A stretch of DNA of 64,000 nt from the human T2T-CHM13v2.0 reference genome, Homo sapiens (GCF_009914755.1 NC_060938.1); one strand, 5' to 3'; numbered from the stretch's first letter, positions 14,810 through 32,829 are shown. The notes: a model not told the origin generated them from the sequence alone. Numbers and translations are program-made.

Positions 14810-15431
14810 GGACTGGAAGAAATGACTCAAACCTGAAGCAAATGACCCTGCATTCTTCTGGACCCACATCAGCTTGCTTAAGTTGGAACTCCATTTCCCC
14901 AAATTTATTTCCCTATATGGTTCCAAGTTAGGTTGGCCAAAAAGAAGAATTGAGGCAAGATTTGGAAGGTGAAAGTGGAGCAGAGCCACTCCCTCTGAAG
15001 ATCCTCATGACTACACGTGGTGGCAGACACACACAGAGATTCTGGGAGGTTCTTGCTCATCCTCCTCCTCATGTCTAGCTCTTCTTCCCAACTCTAGTCC
15101 CTGCTGGCCAGAGGACCCAAGATGACTTGAGAGCTTGGTGGGAGACCTCCAGAAGTGGCAGCTATGTATGGACTTTTCCACAGCCCCCCTCCTGGGTACC
15201 ACTCCAGCAGTTAGACATGTGCGGCTTCCTAGAATCATTGCAAGTTCTGGCCTTACAAGTCCACCTGTACAGGGCTTCAGGATGGCTGGCTAGTGACTTT
15301 TCTCTAACCCTTCAATTCCACTTTCAGACCTTTACTTCACCAGTTTCTCACATAATTCTGCAAGAGATTAGTCCCATTATCAGTAAGACTCTAGTGGTTC
15401 TGCTTCCCTGATTAAACCCCTCCAATACATC
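14810..15431 (+). mobile_element. ERVL-type LTR remnant (family unassigned)
   Basis: Ends tagtggttctgcttccctgattaaacccc..aataca, an ERVL-LTR-like terminus. Confidence 0.5.
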
Positions 15432-15497
15432 ATTCATGTTCTTGGCTACCTAGCAATAAGATTATGCAGATTGTACCATCCATCCTTCCCTTCCACC

Positions 15498-15806
15498 TTT
15501 TTTTTTTTTTTTTTTTTGAGACAGGGTCTGGAGTGCAGTGGTGCGATCATGGCTCACTCCAGCCTCCACCTCCCAGGCTCAGCTGGTCCTCCCATCCCAG
15601 CCTCCTGAGTAGCTGCGAGTATAGGCATGCCAACACACCCAGCTAATTTTTTGTATTTTTTTGTAGAGACAGGTTTTTACCATGTTGCCCAGAGACAAGG
15701 TTTCACCATGTTGCCCAGGCTGGTCTCAAACTCCTGGGTTCAAGCCATCTGCCCACCTCGGCCTCTCAAAGTGCTGAGATTACAGGCATGAGCCTCCACG
15801 CCTGAC
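15498..15806 (-). mobile_element. AluJ with a small internal duplication and a deletion
   Basis: gagacaggtttttaccatgttgccca is repeated at 15665-15717. Confidence 0.9.
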
Positions 15807-16373
15807 CTCCTTCCCCTACACTATTAAAGGCCAAGTGCTGAAGTTATTTATCTATAGGAACTACAGAAATTTGGGTAAAAATTATGCCCTAGTAGTGGTC
15901 TCCCCATGAGAGGGTGACTGGTTGCCCACTGCCTTCACACTGAATTTACATAATAGAACAACTGACTTTCAGCTTTTCGAGCTTAGAAACTTGTTCCTTT
16001 TCTCTTTTAGCATACTGAGTAAATCTCTCTTGAAGAAGGAAGTTTGGTCAGGCTCACCAGAAGTAGACAATAGTATGTCTGTCTATTAATATAGAATGAG
16101 AAATAGGATTGTTGCAAGGCCCAAACATGTATCTTACTGCCAAAACACTATGCCCTGAAGAAATAGCTATCCAGGAAGCTAAATGATAACCAAACGGTTG
16201 CCTGATCAGGGAAATGGAATGAAAATTAGGAGAGTTGGGAGGAATATTGAGCGTTAGCGTTGAGATATGATAGCTACCATCAATACCACAGAAGGGACTA
16301 ACCTGTCACAGTTGCAGATAAGCTATGTGGTTCCACTTACTGGAGCCACAGTCCTAGTCATATTCCTTCTTTT

Positions 16374-16805
16374 TAGTAGGTTACAGTATTGGCCCCAGGA
16401 CTTCATCATGCACTGTATCCATGCCCTTTGCTACGACTTTGAAGTTCCTTCCACTGAAGGAGTGGAGTATATTTCCCTACCCGTTGATTTTGGGTTCAGC
16501 CACATGATTTGCTTTGGTCAACAGAATGAAATGGAAGTAATCGTGTTCAGTTCTGCACTTAGGCCTTAAGAGACTTCATGTGTTTCTGCTTGCCTTCTTG
16601 TACTTCTACCAATGCTAGAAGACTTCCCTGGGCCAGCCAGCTGCTCCAAGGAGGGTAAGACACCCTAAAGCAGAGTCATGCCAGGTAAACCCAGCTGAGA
16701 ACAGCTAATCCCCAGCTGCCCAGCAAGCGTGAGAAATAAAAGATGATTTTTTTTTTGTACCATGGCATTTTGGGAATATTTGTTACATAGAAATAGTTAC
16801 CTGAC
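16374..16805 (+). mobile_element. MLT1-family LTR
   Basis: tttgggttcagccacatgatttgctttggtcaacagaatg motif; ends ttgttacatagaaatagttacctgaca. Confidence 0.65.
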
Positions 16806-18004
16806 ATGTCCTCCCACCATGATTTTCTGGAATGGAGAATATCTAACCCCATCATGACCCCAGAGTTCCAGACCAATGTGCCCAGGACTCCCCTCTCAAG
16901 TCACTGGGCAGCACCAATTTAGCCAATAGTAAGTTAGAGGATTCAGTTTCTCACCCTCAATACAATTCACTTGAAATTTTCTGTCCTTTGGGTTAGATAT
17001 AAAATCTAAATATTTTTTAATAGCAGAGATGAGAAAGATTTAACAACTTTTCAGAAAGTTACTGCTGAATATTAGTGATTGTACATGCCACTCAAAATCA
17101 CTGTGTGAAATAACATTCGAAGCCTATCATTTGTAACTTCTGCTTTCATCAGAGTTTTAGGAAAACACCTACGCCCAGCAAAATCCCCAGGGAGTTTTAG
17201 GACGCCAAAGCTTTCCTCATCTGTTTTTAAACCCACTCCACATCCATAAAGATAATTCATGAATAAATGTGGTTGGCAGATGAACCCAATATTCAAGGAC
17301 ATCTTTTTTAAGCCTTTAGTTAAGACCTTTGGTTTATTAGTTTACACGTTAGTCTCTCTATGAATTAGAAGTGGAGGGAGGGGCTCAAAATGCTTTATAA
17401 TCCTATTTTTTTTCAGACATTCCCTCTTTCTCCACCACTCCCAGCCTTTCACTATCTTCCTCCACCCTTCTAGCTTATGAAGGGACTAATGATGTTGGGA
17501 TAGTTTTTGAGGAAATGTGGGAGCTCTGTAATCCATTTCCTACTTGACGTGGGTTACATTTTTACCAGAAGAAAGGAAAAAAAAATGCAAATATATTTCC
17601 AGCACAGTTGGGCGGCAGCTCCATAAAGTGGCTTTTAAAGAGTTATCCCATTGCCCTGAGAGTTGACAGCACTCCAGGGAGGGGACAGGGTCTGTGAGGG
17701 CCAGAGAGGCATACCCTTCCATTCCTAAGTAACATCCCCCCAGGAAACAATTTGGCGTTTCCTACAAAACATGAACTTGTTTGGCAGCCTGAGCAACTCA
17801 TCACTCCTGTTCATCTCATATTGCTTGCCTGATTAATAACAATGACATAGTGAATACAACTTCAATAGGAAACGGGGGAGGAAGAGCCAAACAACATCCT
17901 TGCCAAACAAACGCACATGCCCACAGACTCACACACCCCAATATATAAAGCCACTCTTAAAATGTTGGGAAATATAAAAATGTTTCCATCAAAACCATCT
18001 TATG

Positions 18005-18321
<317 letters not shown>

Positions 18322-18475
18322 TTACTGGCAGGGACCAGGGTCAAAGATTACTTCCTTTCTCCCATCCAAATAGTACATCAACATACTTGGGGATGACAAT
18401 AGCTGTCATTCTTCATGGACCTACTACGTGCCAAACACTGTGTTAATGGTCCATATAAGTAAGTGTGTATACATT

Positions 18476-18795
<320 letters not shown>

Positions 18796-20490
18796 ACGTC
18801 TAGTCTAATTCTTGCAACAACCATTTAAGAATTAGTAGGCATTATCTAGGCATTACAGATAAGTAACTTCTCCAAGATCACAAAGAAGTAATGGTACAGA
18901 TTGGATTTGAACCCAAAGCTATGTGTGACTCTAAAGCTCAAGCTCCTTTTGTTAAGTCACAGATTTAGTTGGTAAATTGTAAAGCCTAGACTTAAGGTTG
19001 TTTCCTTACTCAAAGCCCATTGGAATTGTCATCTCTTCTGTGGGTCCTTGACTTGTTCTGGACAGAATTCTGATGGTTACAAGTAACAGAAAACCTCTCC
19101 AATTAGCTCAAGTAAAAGGCAGGGAATGGTATTCTATTCCTACCCTTACTTTGGGTAAGGGAACATATATGGGAACATATTCAGAGAACTGAACAAGCAG
19201 GCATCAGAAAGTGCAGGACCTAAGGTAGCCCAGACACCCCTCAGCCTCGCATTCCATGAAGACTGCTTCTTTTTGCACACCTGCACATCCCAATCAGCTT
19301 ATCTGAGTCACCAGTCTCTCAAAGCTGCAGTCTACACCTGATTCTCTAATTACTTCCTCAATGGTATATCTATCCAGCCTCTGGGCTCAGGAGCCACCAC
19401 CTTAGAAGTAAGTGCTTCTCCCTTCCCAGTTTTCTGGGAGAGGAATCTGATTTGCTCAGCTCATATTTTCCAGTCAGGCCACACACAAGGTACAAATTGC
19501 TGGCTAGTCTATGGTTGGGCACCCGTTGATCAGATGTTTACCCTGGTCCACTTCAGAGGTAGCTGGGGAGAAGAGGGTCAAGGGATCTGCTGCTGCACCT
19601 CTGGGCAGGGAAGTACCCTGAAATCCAACAGATAGACGCTCAGCTTTTTCTCTCCTTTCTTTCATAAGACTGTCACACCTGCATTAGGATTGGATTTTAA
19701 GTAGCCTCCCATTGCTCTCCAACTGCCCTCTACTTATTTTCTAGATTCTTACAGTAACATCTTATTGGGGTTCTATCTGCAATGGCCTTATCAGAGTGCT
19801 AAAAACACAGTGGACACTAAAAAATGATTTGTTGTATTTAGGTAGAGTTCATCGTGGAGAGGACCAAGACAGAAGATCAAGAAGAATTTTTTTTTTAATC
19901 TCTTCCCTTGTCCACCGAAAGACCATCAAAACTAGAGAGAGATTATCAAATGCCTGGTGACAAGTCCTCGGCTGCACTGGCTTCACAGGAGCTTATGTGG
20001 AGAAGAAAAAGAATTTGAGCCACAGCAACGAAACTCTAAAGTTGTTTCCAACTCTCTTACCAAAAGAGGCATCCAGCCCAACAGCTCTCAACCTGGAGTA
20101 AAGCTCCCACGTGCCCTGTGGAGCATCCTCGCTTTGATTCCATCCCTTTACTCCCATTCAGAGAATTCTACTTGAATTTAAATAAATGACTCTTCTGCTA
20201 TTATTGTGGTAAGCTTGATTCTGCTGTGATTTGAAAAGAACAAAAAATAAATTATTGCAAAACCTTTGTATTAAATTACTGGTAACAAATTACTGGTAAC
20301 TTTGCTACAATTGGCATTGTGACTGAGGGCTGTTCGTTAAGGACATTCTGCTGCCCATGGCTGAGGTGACACTAACTGTATCAACAAGGATGTTTTCAGC
20401 CCCAGATAAACAGAAAACCCATGAAAAAGGATGCTTTCAGCCCCAAATAAATAACAGAAAACCCAATTCGAATGGTCATAAAAACAAGGA

Positions 20491-21331
<841 letters not shown>

Positions 21332-23231
21332 GGTTAACCTATGAGGAAATCCAAAGATAGATCAGCCTTCAGAGTCATTGATTTGCAATTCAACCATTTA
21401 GCATTGAGTGTTTTCCTTCCCTTTTCTCTGTTCTGCATTATGTAAGTTTCATCCTAAATCTAGTTCCATTTGTGGTTGTAGAATGGCTACCAGGGGAAGA
21501 CCCTCCTCCTTCAATTCAGGTGAAGAGAATAGAATGAATTCCCCTGGAATGCTCTTAAGAGAAAGTAACTTTCCAAGAAGCCAGCAAACCTCTTATCCCT
21601 TTGGCCAGAATTAGGTCACATGCTTATTTTTGAACCAATACTGGCAAAGAGGATAAGATATCATTTTGACTAATCAGGCCTATCCCTTAAATTGAGACCA
21701 ATTTCCCAAACCACATGGCTGCTGCTTATGGGATAGAATGGATGTTGGGAAAGTCGCTTCACCAAGTTAAGATATCTGAAAGAAGGGACAGGTAAATGAG
21801 AAAACCCTCAGGTGGTGGCCAGCCCGGGCACATAACTAAGAGAAAACCCACAGGATTAGGAGTATCCTGGGTAAGCCAGTCGAGGGTCTAGCATGATACA
21901 GATTGTCTACTTTCAAGACCCATGTGACTGCAGACCTTCCCTTTATACCCTTTTCTGGCATCTCCCATTTTTGTTACCTGTCTTACCTTCATCAGCCATC
22001 TGCGTATTTATTCCAGCTCCCTTGCAAGTGTCAGCCTAGTGGGAGGAAAATGCACTATCCAACTTCTGGTAACTTTATTCCAATTTCTCTCTGAAGAAAA
22101 ACCTCCTGACATATGTAAGGGTTGGTGTCATTATTTTTCCCATTTTTGCCAATGAAATAGCTAAGGCTTTATGATAGCCTTGGGAAGATTACTTCTCCCT
22201 GGATCCGTCTACTCACATGAAAAATGAAGGGAGTAGACCAGAAGATTAATAACCTCTTGAGCTCCAGGAGTTTCTGTACTCTTACTCCTATCTTTTCCAA
22301 GATGACTACAGCCATGCCTGAAAATTCGTATCATTTGTTGCTGCAATGCTGTATGCCTAGCTCTTCATAGTCATCATCTCCCCAACATTCACTATTTTGC
22401 TTTCACCGCTTTGGGCCATCTGCAAATCCTGCCTTCCTTTTTCACTTTCTGGGCAGGATGTCACTAAAAGTAATGAGGATTCCTTAGTTTTACTACGTGG
22501 CTTTTTCCTGTTTCTACCTTTGACCTTGTGCTGCCACCTTTAAACACAGCACAACAGTGTAGTGGAGTTCAGCAAACATTTAATTTCCAGAAATTTAATA
22601 GGATATTTCCTGAAAAAACATTTGTGTGAATTAAGTGTAGGAGACTCAGAGTCGACATCTGCTTTTAGTCTCATCATGAGGACCACTCTTCCTCCATTCC
22701 AAAGTTGCGTGGCTGCTGTGATTTCCCACTATTTCACTTCCCCAGTAAGAGTTGATTGGTTCATGAGATGGTATCTAACCCAAGGCGGTCAATCAAAATC
22801 CTTCCCTAGAATTTGTTTTAAAACTGTAACTAGAAAAAAAAAACAGTCCTCTTTATAGTGACACAAGACACTTTGGTGGCCACGTTTCCCAGGTAGAACA
22901 GGTCAATCCATAATAAAAGACAGTGAAGTTGATGTGCTGAGAGAAGTAAAGATAAGAGATGGTGAAGGATTCCAAAGGCATTAGATTTCTTGGTTGCATT
23001 CTTGGTTGAATTCACCTCTACTTTTCCCCTAGTACTAGTACACAAATCACACCAGGTATAAGCCCATAAATAATATATTTTGCCTAAGTTAATACATGTT
23101 TAGTTCTTGTCACTTAAACACAAGAGATTTAATATGAGTACTCAGAAAACTGTGTCCCTCTAAGATTCTTTGGAACTGAGTCTTTAGCATTTTTATTCGA
23201 CTATGATTTGCATAAATGTTTATTTTCTTTA

Positions 23232-23580
<349 letters not shown>

Positions 23581-23898
23581 GATTGGGTTTAAAAAATGGG
23601 ATTTAGAGGCAGAAAACCTGAGTTGAAGTTCTGGCATTAATACTTTTTAAACATGGTGACAGTGCAAGAGCCTCCCTGAGCCTCAATCTCTTTCCTAAAA
23701 AAAAAAAAGGGATAATTATAATTGTTGCCCTAGCAACCTCTCAGAGTCATGATGATAATCAAAATAAGAAAATGGGGAGGGATGGGGCCATATTCATCTT
23801 TGCATTTCTAATGTCTACTTTAAAGCCTAGGACAGTATAGTACATACTGAACAAATATTTGGTGAATGAAAGAAAAAACACAAAAGCATACACTATAA

Positions 23899-24736
<838 letters not shown>

Positions 24737-25660
24737 TTCTGAAGGACTATTTAAATGCGAATTATATAATGAAGACCACTTTACAATAATACAGGGTGTG
24801 TATAAATATTAACACTGGCAACTTACGTTGGTCTTGGGCTGAATGACAATTTCAGTGTCATGAACAGAGCTTCCTATAAACAAGCTGTAAAGTGAGTGGA
24901 ATTTGTGGACAGTACCTCTCCAACCTTTCTTTGGTTGTTCTCCCTCTGTTTGGTCTAAATAGAGTGTCAAGGTGTGTCTGGTCCCAAGTTCTGTAAGTGG
25001 CCAGTGCTCTAGAGCTGTTTGATGCTGTTGCCGTAGCGTCGGAATGAAGAAGGAAGTTTTAAAAATCACCTAAGGCTCTTTCACTTATAATTAGCACATA
25101 AACTTACCTGTCCCTTTGAAGTATCACAATGGCTGAGGCTCTCACAAAATTCTCAGGCTGAAAATTGCCTATTTATAACTTCTTTTTCTCTTCCCAAATG
25201 CCTATGTAAAATTATTCAAAGAAGACATGCAGATCCAAGAAGCACACTAGCCTGGTGCCATTCAGCATATGGGCAAACAGACCTCCACACTGTATTATGC
25301 CACCAATGTTTATCCTGGATCATCATGAAGTAAAACTCTATATGTGGTGGAGTCTAGCTACTAAGACAAAAAGTGGTCCACACTTTATTTTTAGCATCCA
25401 TCAAAATAACTAAAGTTATTTAAAGGTTTAGTGCTTCAAAAAGTATTTTCTGAATTATCTGAAGTACATTTCCCAAAATGATTCATTTTCTAACTATTCA
25501 AGATAGCCTTAGTTTTCAAGTATCATTGCTCATTCAATGCTTCAATAAGTTAATCACAGGTACTAGATTCCCATAATGTAAATTTCACAATCCTTAACAT
25601 TGTACTTGTGAAAACAGACAGTCTCCCAGCAATAGGCATACTCTATTGGAATAAAAATGC

Positions 25661-26068
<408 letters not shown>

Positions 26069-26305
26069 TTACCCCCACCAATAGATCACTAACTGGTTGT
26101 TTAAAACAAATGATCTCCCACTTTCCTACCTTAATAGATGTAATATAATGTGTGTGCTTTAATCTTAGCTTGACCAGTAAACCATACCATGTCAAGAAAT
26201 TTGCATGACATGTTTGAGGAACAGTGAGAGGGCCAGACCCACTGGAGCAAGAGAAAGAGAAAGAGAAGGGTAGGAAGAGAGGGCAGAAGAACATGGGGTA
26301 GAGTT

Positions 26306-26656
<351 letters not shown>

Positions 26657-27896
26657 CTAAATAGGCTGAGAAGCCATTGGAGAGTTTGGAGTTGAGAAAT
26701 GACATGAACTGATTTCACCTTAGTACAGATCACTCCAACTGTTGGGTTGAGAATAGAATGGAAGGGACAGGGGCAGAGGTGAAGGCAGAGGGACCAGGTA
26801 ACTGATTCTGCCTATAATGAAGGTGAGAGAGGAAGGTGGCTGGGACTCAGGGTGTAGGAGTGAAGGTGCCAGGTATGAGGGTTAAATGACATATGCACAG
26901 CATAATAATTGGCACAGTCAGTCCCCAGTAGATGTTCACTGCGATAATGACATTCTGAACCCCAAGACTCAATAGTAGATGGTTGGTTCATTGCATGGCA
27001 GACCCAGGTAAGTGATTACAAACTAGATAGTTGATGTCAGAATTAGAAAAGGAACTTTTTGAACATTTCTGCATGTATCAATTGAAGTGAAATTGAGTCA
27101 AAAGTAAGAGTTCATGCTGCCCTTCACTGAATTCTCTGCTTGGATTTTTTTTTTTTAAAGTACACACACACACAAACACACACACACACAATCTGTGATC
27201 AAAAAAGTTATTGAAGTGCTGCAGTTGCCCAGAATTCAGCCTGACCTTGCAGCACTCCTAGTTATTAAAAATCATTTCTATGGGCTTGCATTTTTTGGTT
27301 TAACAAGCACAAGAGGCCATGAACTCTTAATATCTGAAGCAAACGTGTTAAACATCTGGGATCTGGCATAAGCTTCTCCTGTGGGATGCATTGTTTGTGC
27401 AAACTTTTATTGAATTAAAAAAAAAAGTAAGTACTGAGTTTCAAAATATTCGTGTAACCTAGTAAGAATATTTCTCTGAATCCAGAGTCAAAATACAGAG
27501 TTTTAAAAACTGATTTATAAACTTAAATTTAAAAATAGGTTAGAAGTCTTAAAACACAGCATGGTTTTGAAGTGGAACCAAACTTCAGCTCTAGCTCTAA
27601 CAGGAGATGGCTGATCTAAGTTAAATAGGTTTTTCCAGGCTAAAGGCACAGCTTCTGACCACTCTAAGAAAGCCATAGGGTTTGCAGACAGGGTACTGGC
27701 CTAGAGTTTAGGGCAAGTTCTGTGGCTTAAACACAGATAATCTTGGGCAACTTACTTTACCCTGGGCTTGATTTTCCTTATTTCCTATAGAAACTGGAAG
27801 GAAAAATACTTACCCATGGGTCTTAGAAATGTACGAGGATAAGAAATAAAATAAAATAGCAAGTGACAGAACTTTTAAAAGCTCTACACATAAGAT

Positions 27897-28034
27897 GAGG
27901 AGGAGGAGGAGGAGGAGGGGGAGGGGGAGGGGAAGGAGGAGGAGGAGATAGGAGAGGGGGAGGGGAAGGAGGAGGAGATAGGGGAGGTGGAGAGGAGGAG
28001 AAGGAGGTGGAGGAGGAGGAGGAGGAGGAGGGGG
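27897..28034 (+). repeat. (GGA)n / G-rich polypurine tract
   Basis: About 138 nt of almost pure A/G. Confidence 0.95.
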
Positions 28035-28737
28035 TAAAACATAAGAGATTCCTATTTGAAGATGCAAAAGACCAAACAAACTGAACAAAGCTTTTTAAAG
28101 AAGAAAGACTAAGGGTTGTCTTTGGAGTGTTCCTCTAGGGAGGGACAACCTCTTGTATTCCTTTAGTATCTCCTTGAAGCACCCAGGGAAGCATTCAGAC
28201 ACAGGGGACAGTCTTATCAGTCTAGACTAACTGACAGACGGACAGGTCCCTCTCCACTTCCACAATCCATACCCTGAATATTCTGAGGAGTAGGGGAGAG
28301 CAAAGCCTGGCTCAGCCCACCCCATTGCCTCTGCTAGACTGAAGGACAGGAAATAGAGAAGGAGCCAGTCCTCCCCAAAGAGGGATAGGGATAGCTTTTT
28401 AAACTCACCTCTCCCTTCTGAGAGGAGGCTGCTATTCCTTGCAACGTATTTTTGTGCAGCTGAGGATCTGGAGGGGTTCTGACCTGAACAATGGGCTGGG
28501 AGCTGAGTTTGGGAGCTGGAGTTCTGCATAATAGAGTAGGATGAATTTGGAGTTTGGGGACTGTGTAGAAAGAGGAGATGAAGAAACAAGTTGAGCAGGG
28601 GAAAGGAAGGATGGGTGGTTGAAGTGGGAACCAGTGGAACGGCAGGGATGGAGGGCTGAAAAGCAGGTTCGCTTCTGTCCCACCTTCCACTCCCAAATCC
28701 TCAGGAAATTTGCCTACAGACCCAAATGCAAATGGAC

Positions 28738-29185
28738 TGTATTAATTTCTAGGGCTGCTGTACAATGTACCACAAACCGAGTGGCTTAAAACAACAGACG
28801 TTTATTCTCTCACAGTTCTGGAGGCCAGAAGTCCAAAATCAAGGAGTCAGCAGGGCCATGCTCCCTCCAGAGGCTCTAGGGGAGAATCCTTCCCTGCCTC
28901 TTCCTAGCTTCTGTTGGTCATGTAAATCCTTGAAGTTCCTTGGCTTATAGCCTCAAAACTCCAACTCTGCTTCCATCTTTGTGTGGCCGCCCTCTTCTCT
29001 GTGTATCTTTGTGTGTCCTCTTGTAAGGACATCAGTCATTGGATTTAGAGCTCACCCTATTCCAGCATGACCTTATCTTAACTTGACTAATTACATGTGC
29101 AAAGATCCTGTTTCCAAATGAGGTCACGTTCTGATGTTCCACATAGACATATATTTTCAGGAGGACACTATTCAACTCACTACAG
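28738..29185 (-). mobile_element. MLT1 (B/C-like) solo LTR
   Basis: tgtattaatttctagggctgctg ... ctattcaactcactaca termini. Confidence 0.8.
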
Positions 29186-29701
29186 TGTTGTTTATTTTTG
29201 TTTTTATGGAAATTGAGTAAGAGGTAGAATCTCATGTCAGGGCCAACTGGCAAGGGACGATTGGATGGTGCGGGGCGAGGGGAGTTGTGGCAGTGGTAAA
29301 AATGGCCTGTGAACCAAACGAATTCAAGGGAAGTGCCGAGGTTGGAGTCAGAAGTGACCATGAAAATAAAAGCTCCCTCCACTTCCTATGGGAGTTTTTA
29401 GAAGTGTGGGAAGACTTTGGAATTCTACAGGGCAGGGAGTAAGTTCAAAGTAATATCATCTAGATCTCAAAGGCCAGGAAACCACAGCTGACTTCTGGGT
29501 TACAAATAAAACAAAGACATATGAGAGAGGAGAAAAAAAGATGAAGCAGAAGGAAGGACAAAAGGTGGAGAGATGAGCATGAAAGACAGATGAGTTTTTG
29601 AAGAGAGACAAGGAAACGAAAAAGCACCAGCTCTTTGGGGTCAGGGTTAAGGCTCTAACACAGAATCTGGCATATAAAAAGTATTCAAGATACTTTTAAG
29701 G

Positions 29702-30003
<302 letters not shown>

Positions 30004-31049
30004 TTAGGGAAGAAAAAAGGAAGATAGGGAGGAGGGAGAGCTGTGCCTGGGAGGCTTCATGTGGTATCACTAACAATTTCCTCCGCTGTCCCCAGAGCTG
30101 TCTATACTGTGGCTGTTTGTTCATGACCCTAATTAATGTCAAAGCCCAGAGTGCCATATGGGAGCCCTCTCTGCACCACAGGCCTTTAGACCGAAGAGGC
30201 AGCAGTCCATCTTCCACCAAGGCCTCTGGATTCTCTCTATCCTTTTCCAGTGATGCTTATTCTATCTAAACTCTCATTTGAGTGGCCATATACCCTGGCC
30301 TCTTGGTGTTTTTTGCTGTCCCTAGTGCCACCAGAGTTTACCTTACCTTGAAAGGTCACAGAAGTGGTCTAAATTAGGAAATATCCTTCAACGCCAAAAG
30401 GCAAGGAGAGCCCCGTGGATTAAGCCAGCTGTTTTCAGATCACTTGAGATACAAGTAGTTACAACAGTTTAGGATTGGAAAGATCCTGTGGTTTATGAGA
30501 AAGAGCGCTAGACCAAGAGGTAGATCAAGCAAGAGACCCATCTGCCAATCTGCCACTCACTCCCAGCGTTCCCTGGAGCTAGTCAATGCCCCACTCCAAC
30601 CTCAGAGTCCTCATTGTAAAGGCAGTTGGCCCTCATGACAGAATTTCTAGATCCTTTCAGTTGTCATGGACTATATTCTATACTTTTCTGGAAGCATTCT
30701 CAACAAAATATAATTAAAATTACCTCCCTGGTACACCCATAGTGTATTTCCAGAGGGAAAACGTTGCTAGAAACTCCATTCCCAGTTTGTAGAAAGTGGC
30801 CAGGAAATGGGTCTGATTTCAAATCTTTCTGAAATGCAACGAGAGGAAAGCACTGAGGGAATGCCGAAGTGGGGCCACTTTAGTCTCCCAAGTCCCAGGA
30901 ACCGTTTATAAACCGAGTCGTGGCTTGGGTGAATGGCTTGGGTATTTGGAACATTTGACGTGAAGAAAGATGTAGGGGCACCTGCTGCTTTCTCAGACAA
31001 TAGGGAAGAAAAACACCAAGCACCTCCACACACATCATCTTATTTCTCA

Positions 31050-31210
31050 AAACAACTGGAGCCGGTATTATTATCCCCATTTAACAGATGAGAAAAGTGA
31101 GGCTCAAAGAACCTCAGTAAATTAGTCCAGGTCACAAACTAGTAAGTGGCAGGGTTGAGACCCAAATTCAGGTCTATTCAACTCCAATCCCAGCATTCCT
31201 TCCACTATTG
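31050..31210. mobile_element. MIR fragment
   Basis: attatccccattttaacagatgagaaaagtgaggctc-type MIR core. Confidence 0.7.
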
Positions 31211-31439
31211 GCAACAGATTCGCACTATGATGTACAGTCGCCTGAACCACAACAAAATTCCTCTAAAGAACCAGAGTGGTACCCAGCCCACTTTTCCAAG
31301 TTTGGCATAAAGAACAGAGCCATGCATTGAATTGGGAGTAACAGCTGTTTGGCCAGGGACCACAGCAAAAAAGTGTTCATGCAGGGATATTTAACCAGCT
31401 CAGTGCCCAGAACAGAGTAGAAGCTTGAAGAATATTTGG

Positions 31440-31784
31440 GTTTTTGTTGTTGTTGTTCTTTGTTTGTTTGTTTTTTGAGATAGGGTATTACTCTGTTGCC
31501 CAGGCTGGAATGCATTGGTGCCATCATGGCTCATTGCAGCCTCAACTTCCTGGGCTTAAGTGATCCTCTCACTTCAACCTCTTGAGTAGCTGGGACCACA
31601 GGCATGTACCACTATGCTTGGCTGATTCTTTCTTTCTTCTTCTTCTTTTTTTTTTTTTTTTTTTTGGTAAAGATGGGGTTTCACTATATTTCCTAGGCTG
31701 GTCTCAAACCCCTGGCCTCAAGCAATTACCTGCCTCAGCCTCCCAAAGTGCTGAGATTACAGGCGTGAGCCATCACTCCCAGCC
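31440..31784 (-). mobile_element. AluJ
   Basis: Antisense dimer with an expanded T-rich linker. Confidence 0.9.
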
Positions 31785-32829
31785 AAGAATATTTGTTGAG
31801 AAGTTGAGTAAATACAGGATTCAGGGTTGACATCGACATCTTCAGCAGGTTACAAAAGAAGGATCTGAGGCTCAGAGAGGCCAGATGACTTGCCCTAGGT
31901 CACACAGCAGAGAGAATTGGACAAAGAACCAAAGATGTCTAGACTTTCAGACAAGGATCTTCCTGTCACATCACCGTAACTCCTCTGGCCAGGAAAATTT
32001 TTCCTGTACCTTTAATTAAATGCAGTATACTTTGGGGTAAATGAATGCTAACCTCCAACTGAGAACATTTATTTTCCTAATGAGTTCATTAGCAAATGAC
32101 TCTGCTGCTTCAGGATGCAGAGATAGCTTGGTTAATGCACGTTTCAGTTTTCATATTATGCTATGAGTCATTTTTGTTTATCTTAGAATTTCTTTCCTCA
32201 TCTGTTGTGTGTGGTGGCCCTAGTCACCAGGGATAGGAGCTTTGTCACTCACTCAGGAAGTGATGGACTGACCCCCTGCGAGTGGATGAAGAAACTGCTC
32301 TCATAAGCGTGGTTATGCAGATCAAAGAGTGGGTCCTCTACATATGTTCCCAATTAACTGTGGCCATCCCATTCCATATCCCTTCTACTCTCCAGCATAG
32401 TTTCTGATCCTTTAATAGCCCAAACAACAAGAGGGAAGCCCAGCCCAGCCAAAACAAAAGCAGAAAACAGCCAAACGAAGATGAAAACATCCTAGTGATT
32501 AGTGAGAGAGCTCCAGATATCCCAGTATCTGGAGCCACCTCGGGATACTGGGATATTTGGAGCTTCTCACCGCAAGGGGTCACCTTATCTGCACCTGGTG
32601 TCACTTCCCACAAGGACCCCAGAGCTCGGTCTCTAGCACCAGACTCTGTGCTTTCATACACACTGCTGGCCATCTTCACAATACCTTCACCCAAATGTGG
32701 CCATCTTCAATTCAGCATGTTTTATTTGTCCAGCTGTGTAATTAATATCTATGCATTTAACTGTATGTAAATCTTACCTTAACAAAACATAAAAATTAAA
32801 AAAAAAGAAGTAAGTTTAAAATGACATTC

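Noticed and set aside
27810-28088. Poly-Pro/poly-Leu ORF resembling a signal or membrane protein
   Set aside because: It is the translation of the GGA repeat's complement.
32141-32171. AP-1/IRF composite element (AICE)
   Set aside because: Spacing between TTTC and TGAGTCA is 11 nt, not the 4 nt (or 0) of defined AICEs.
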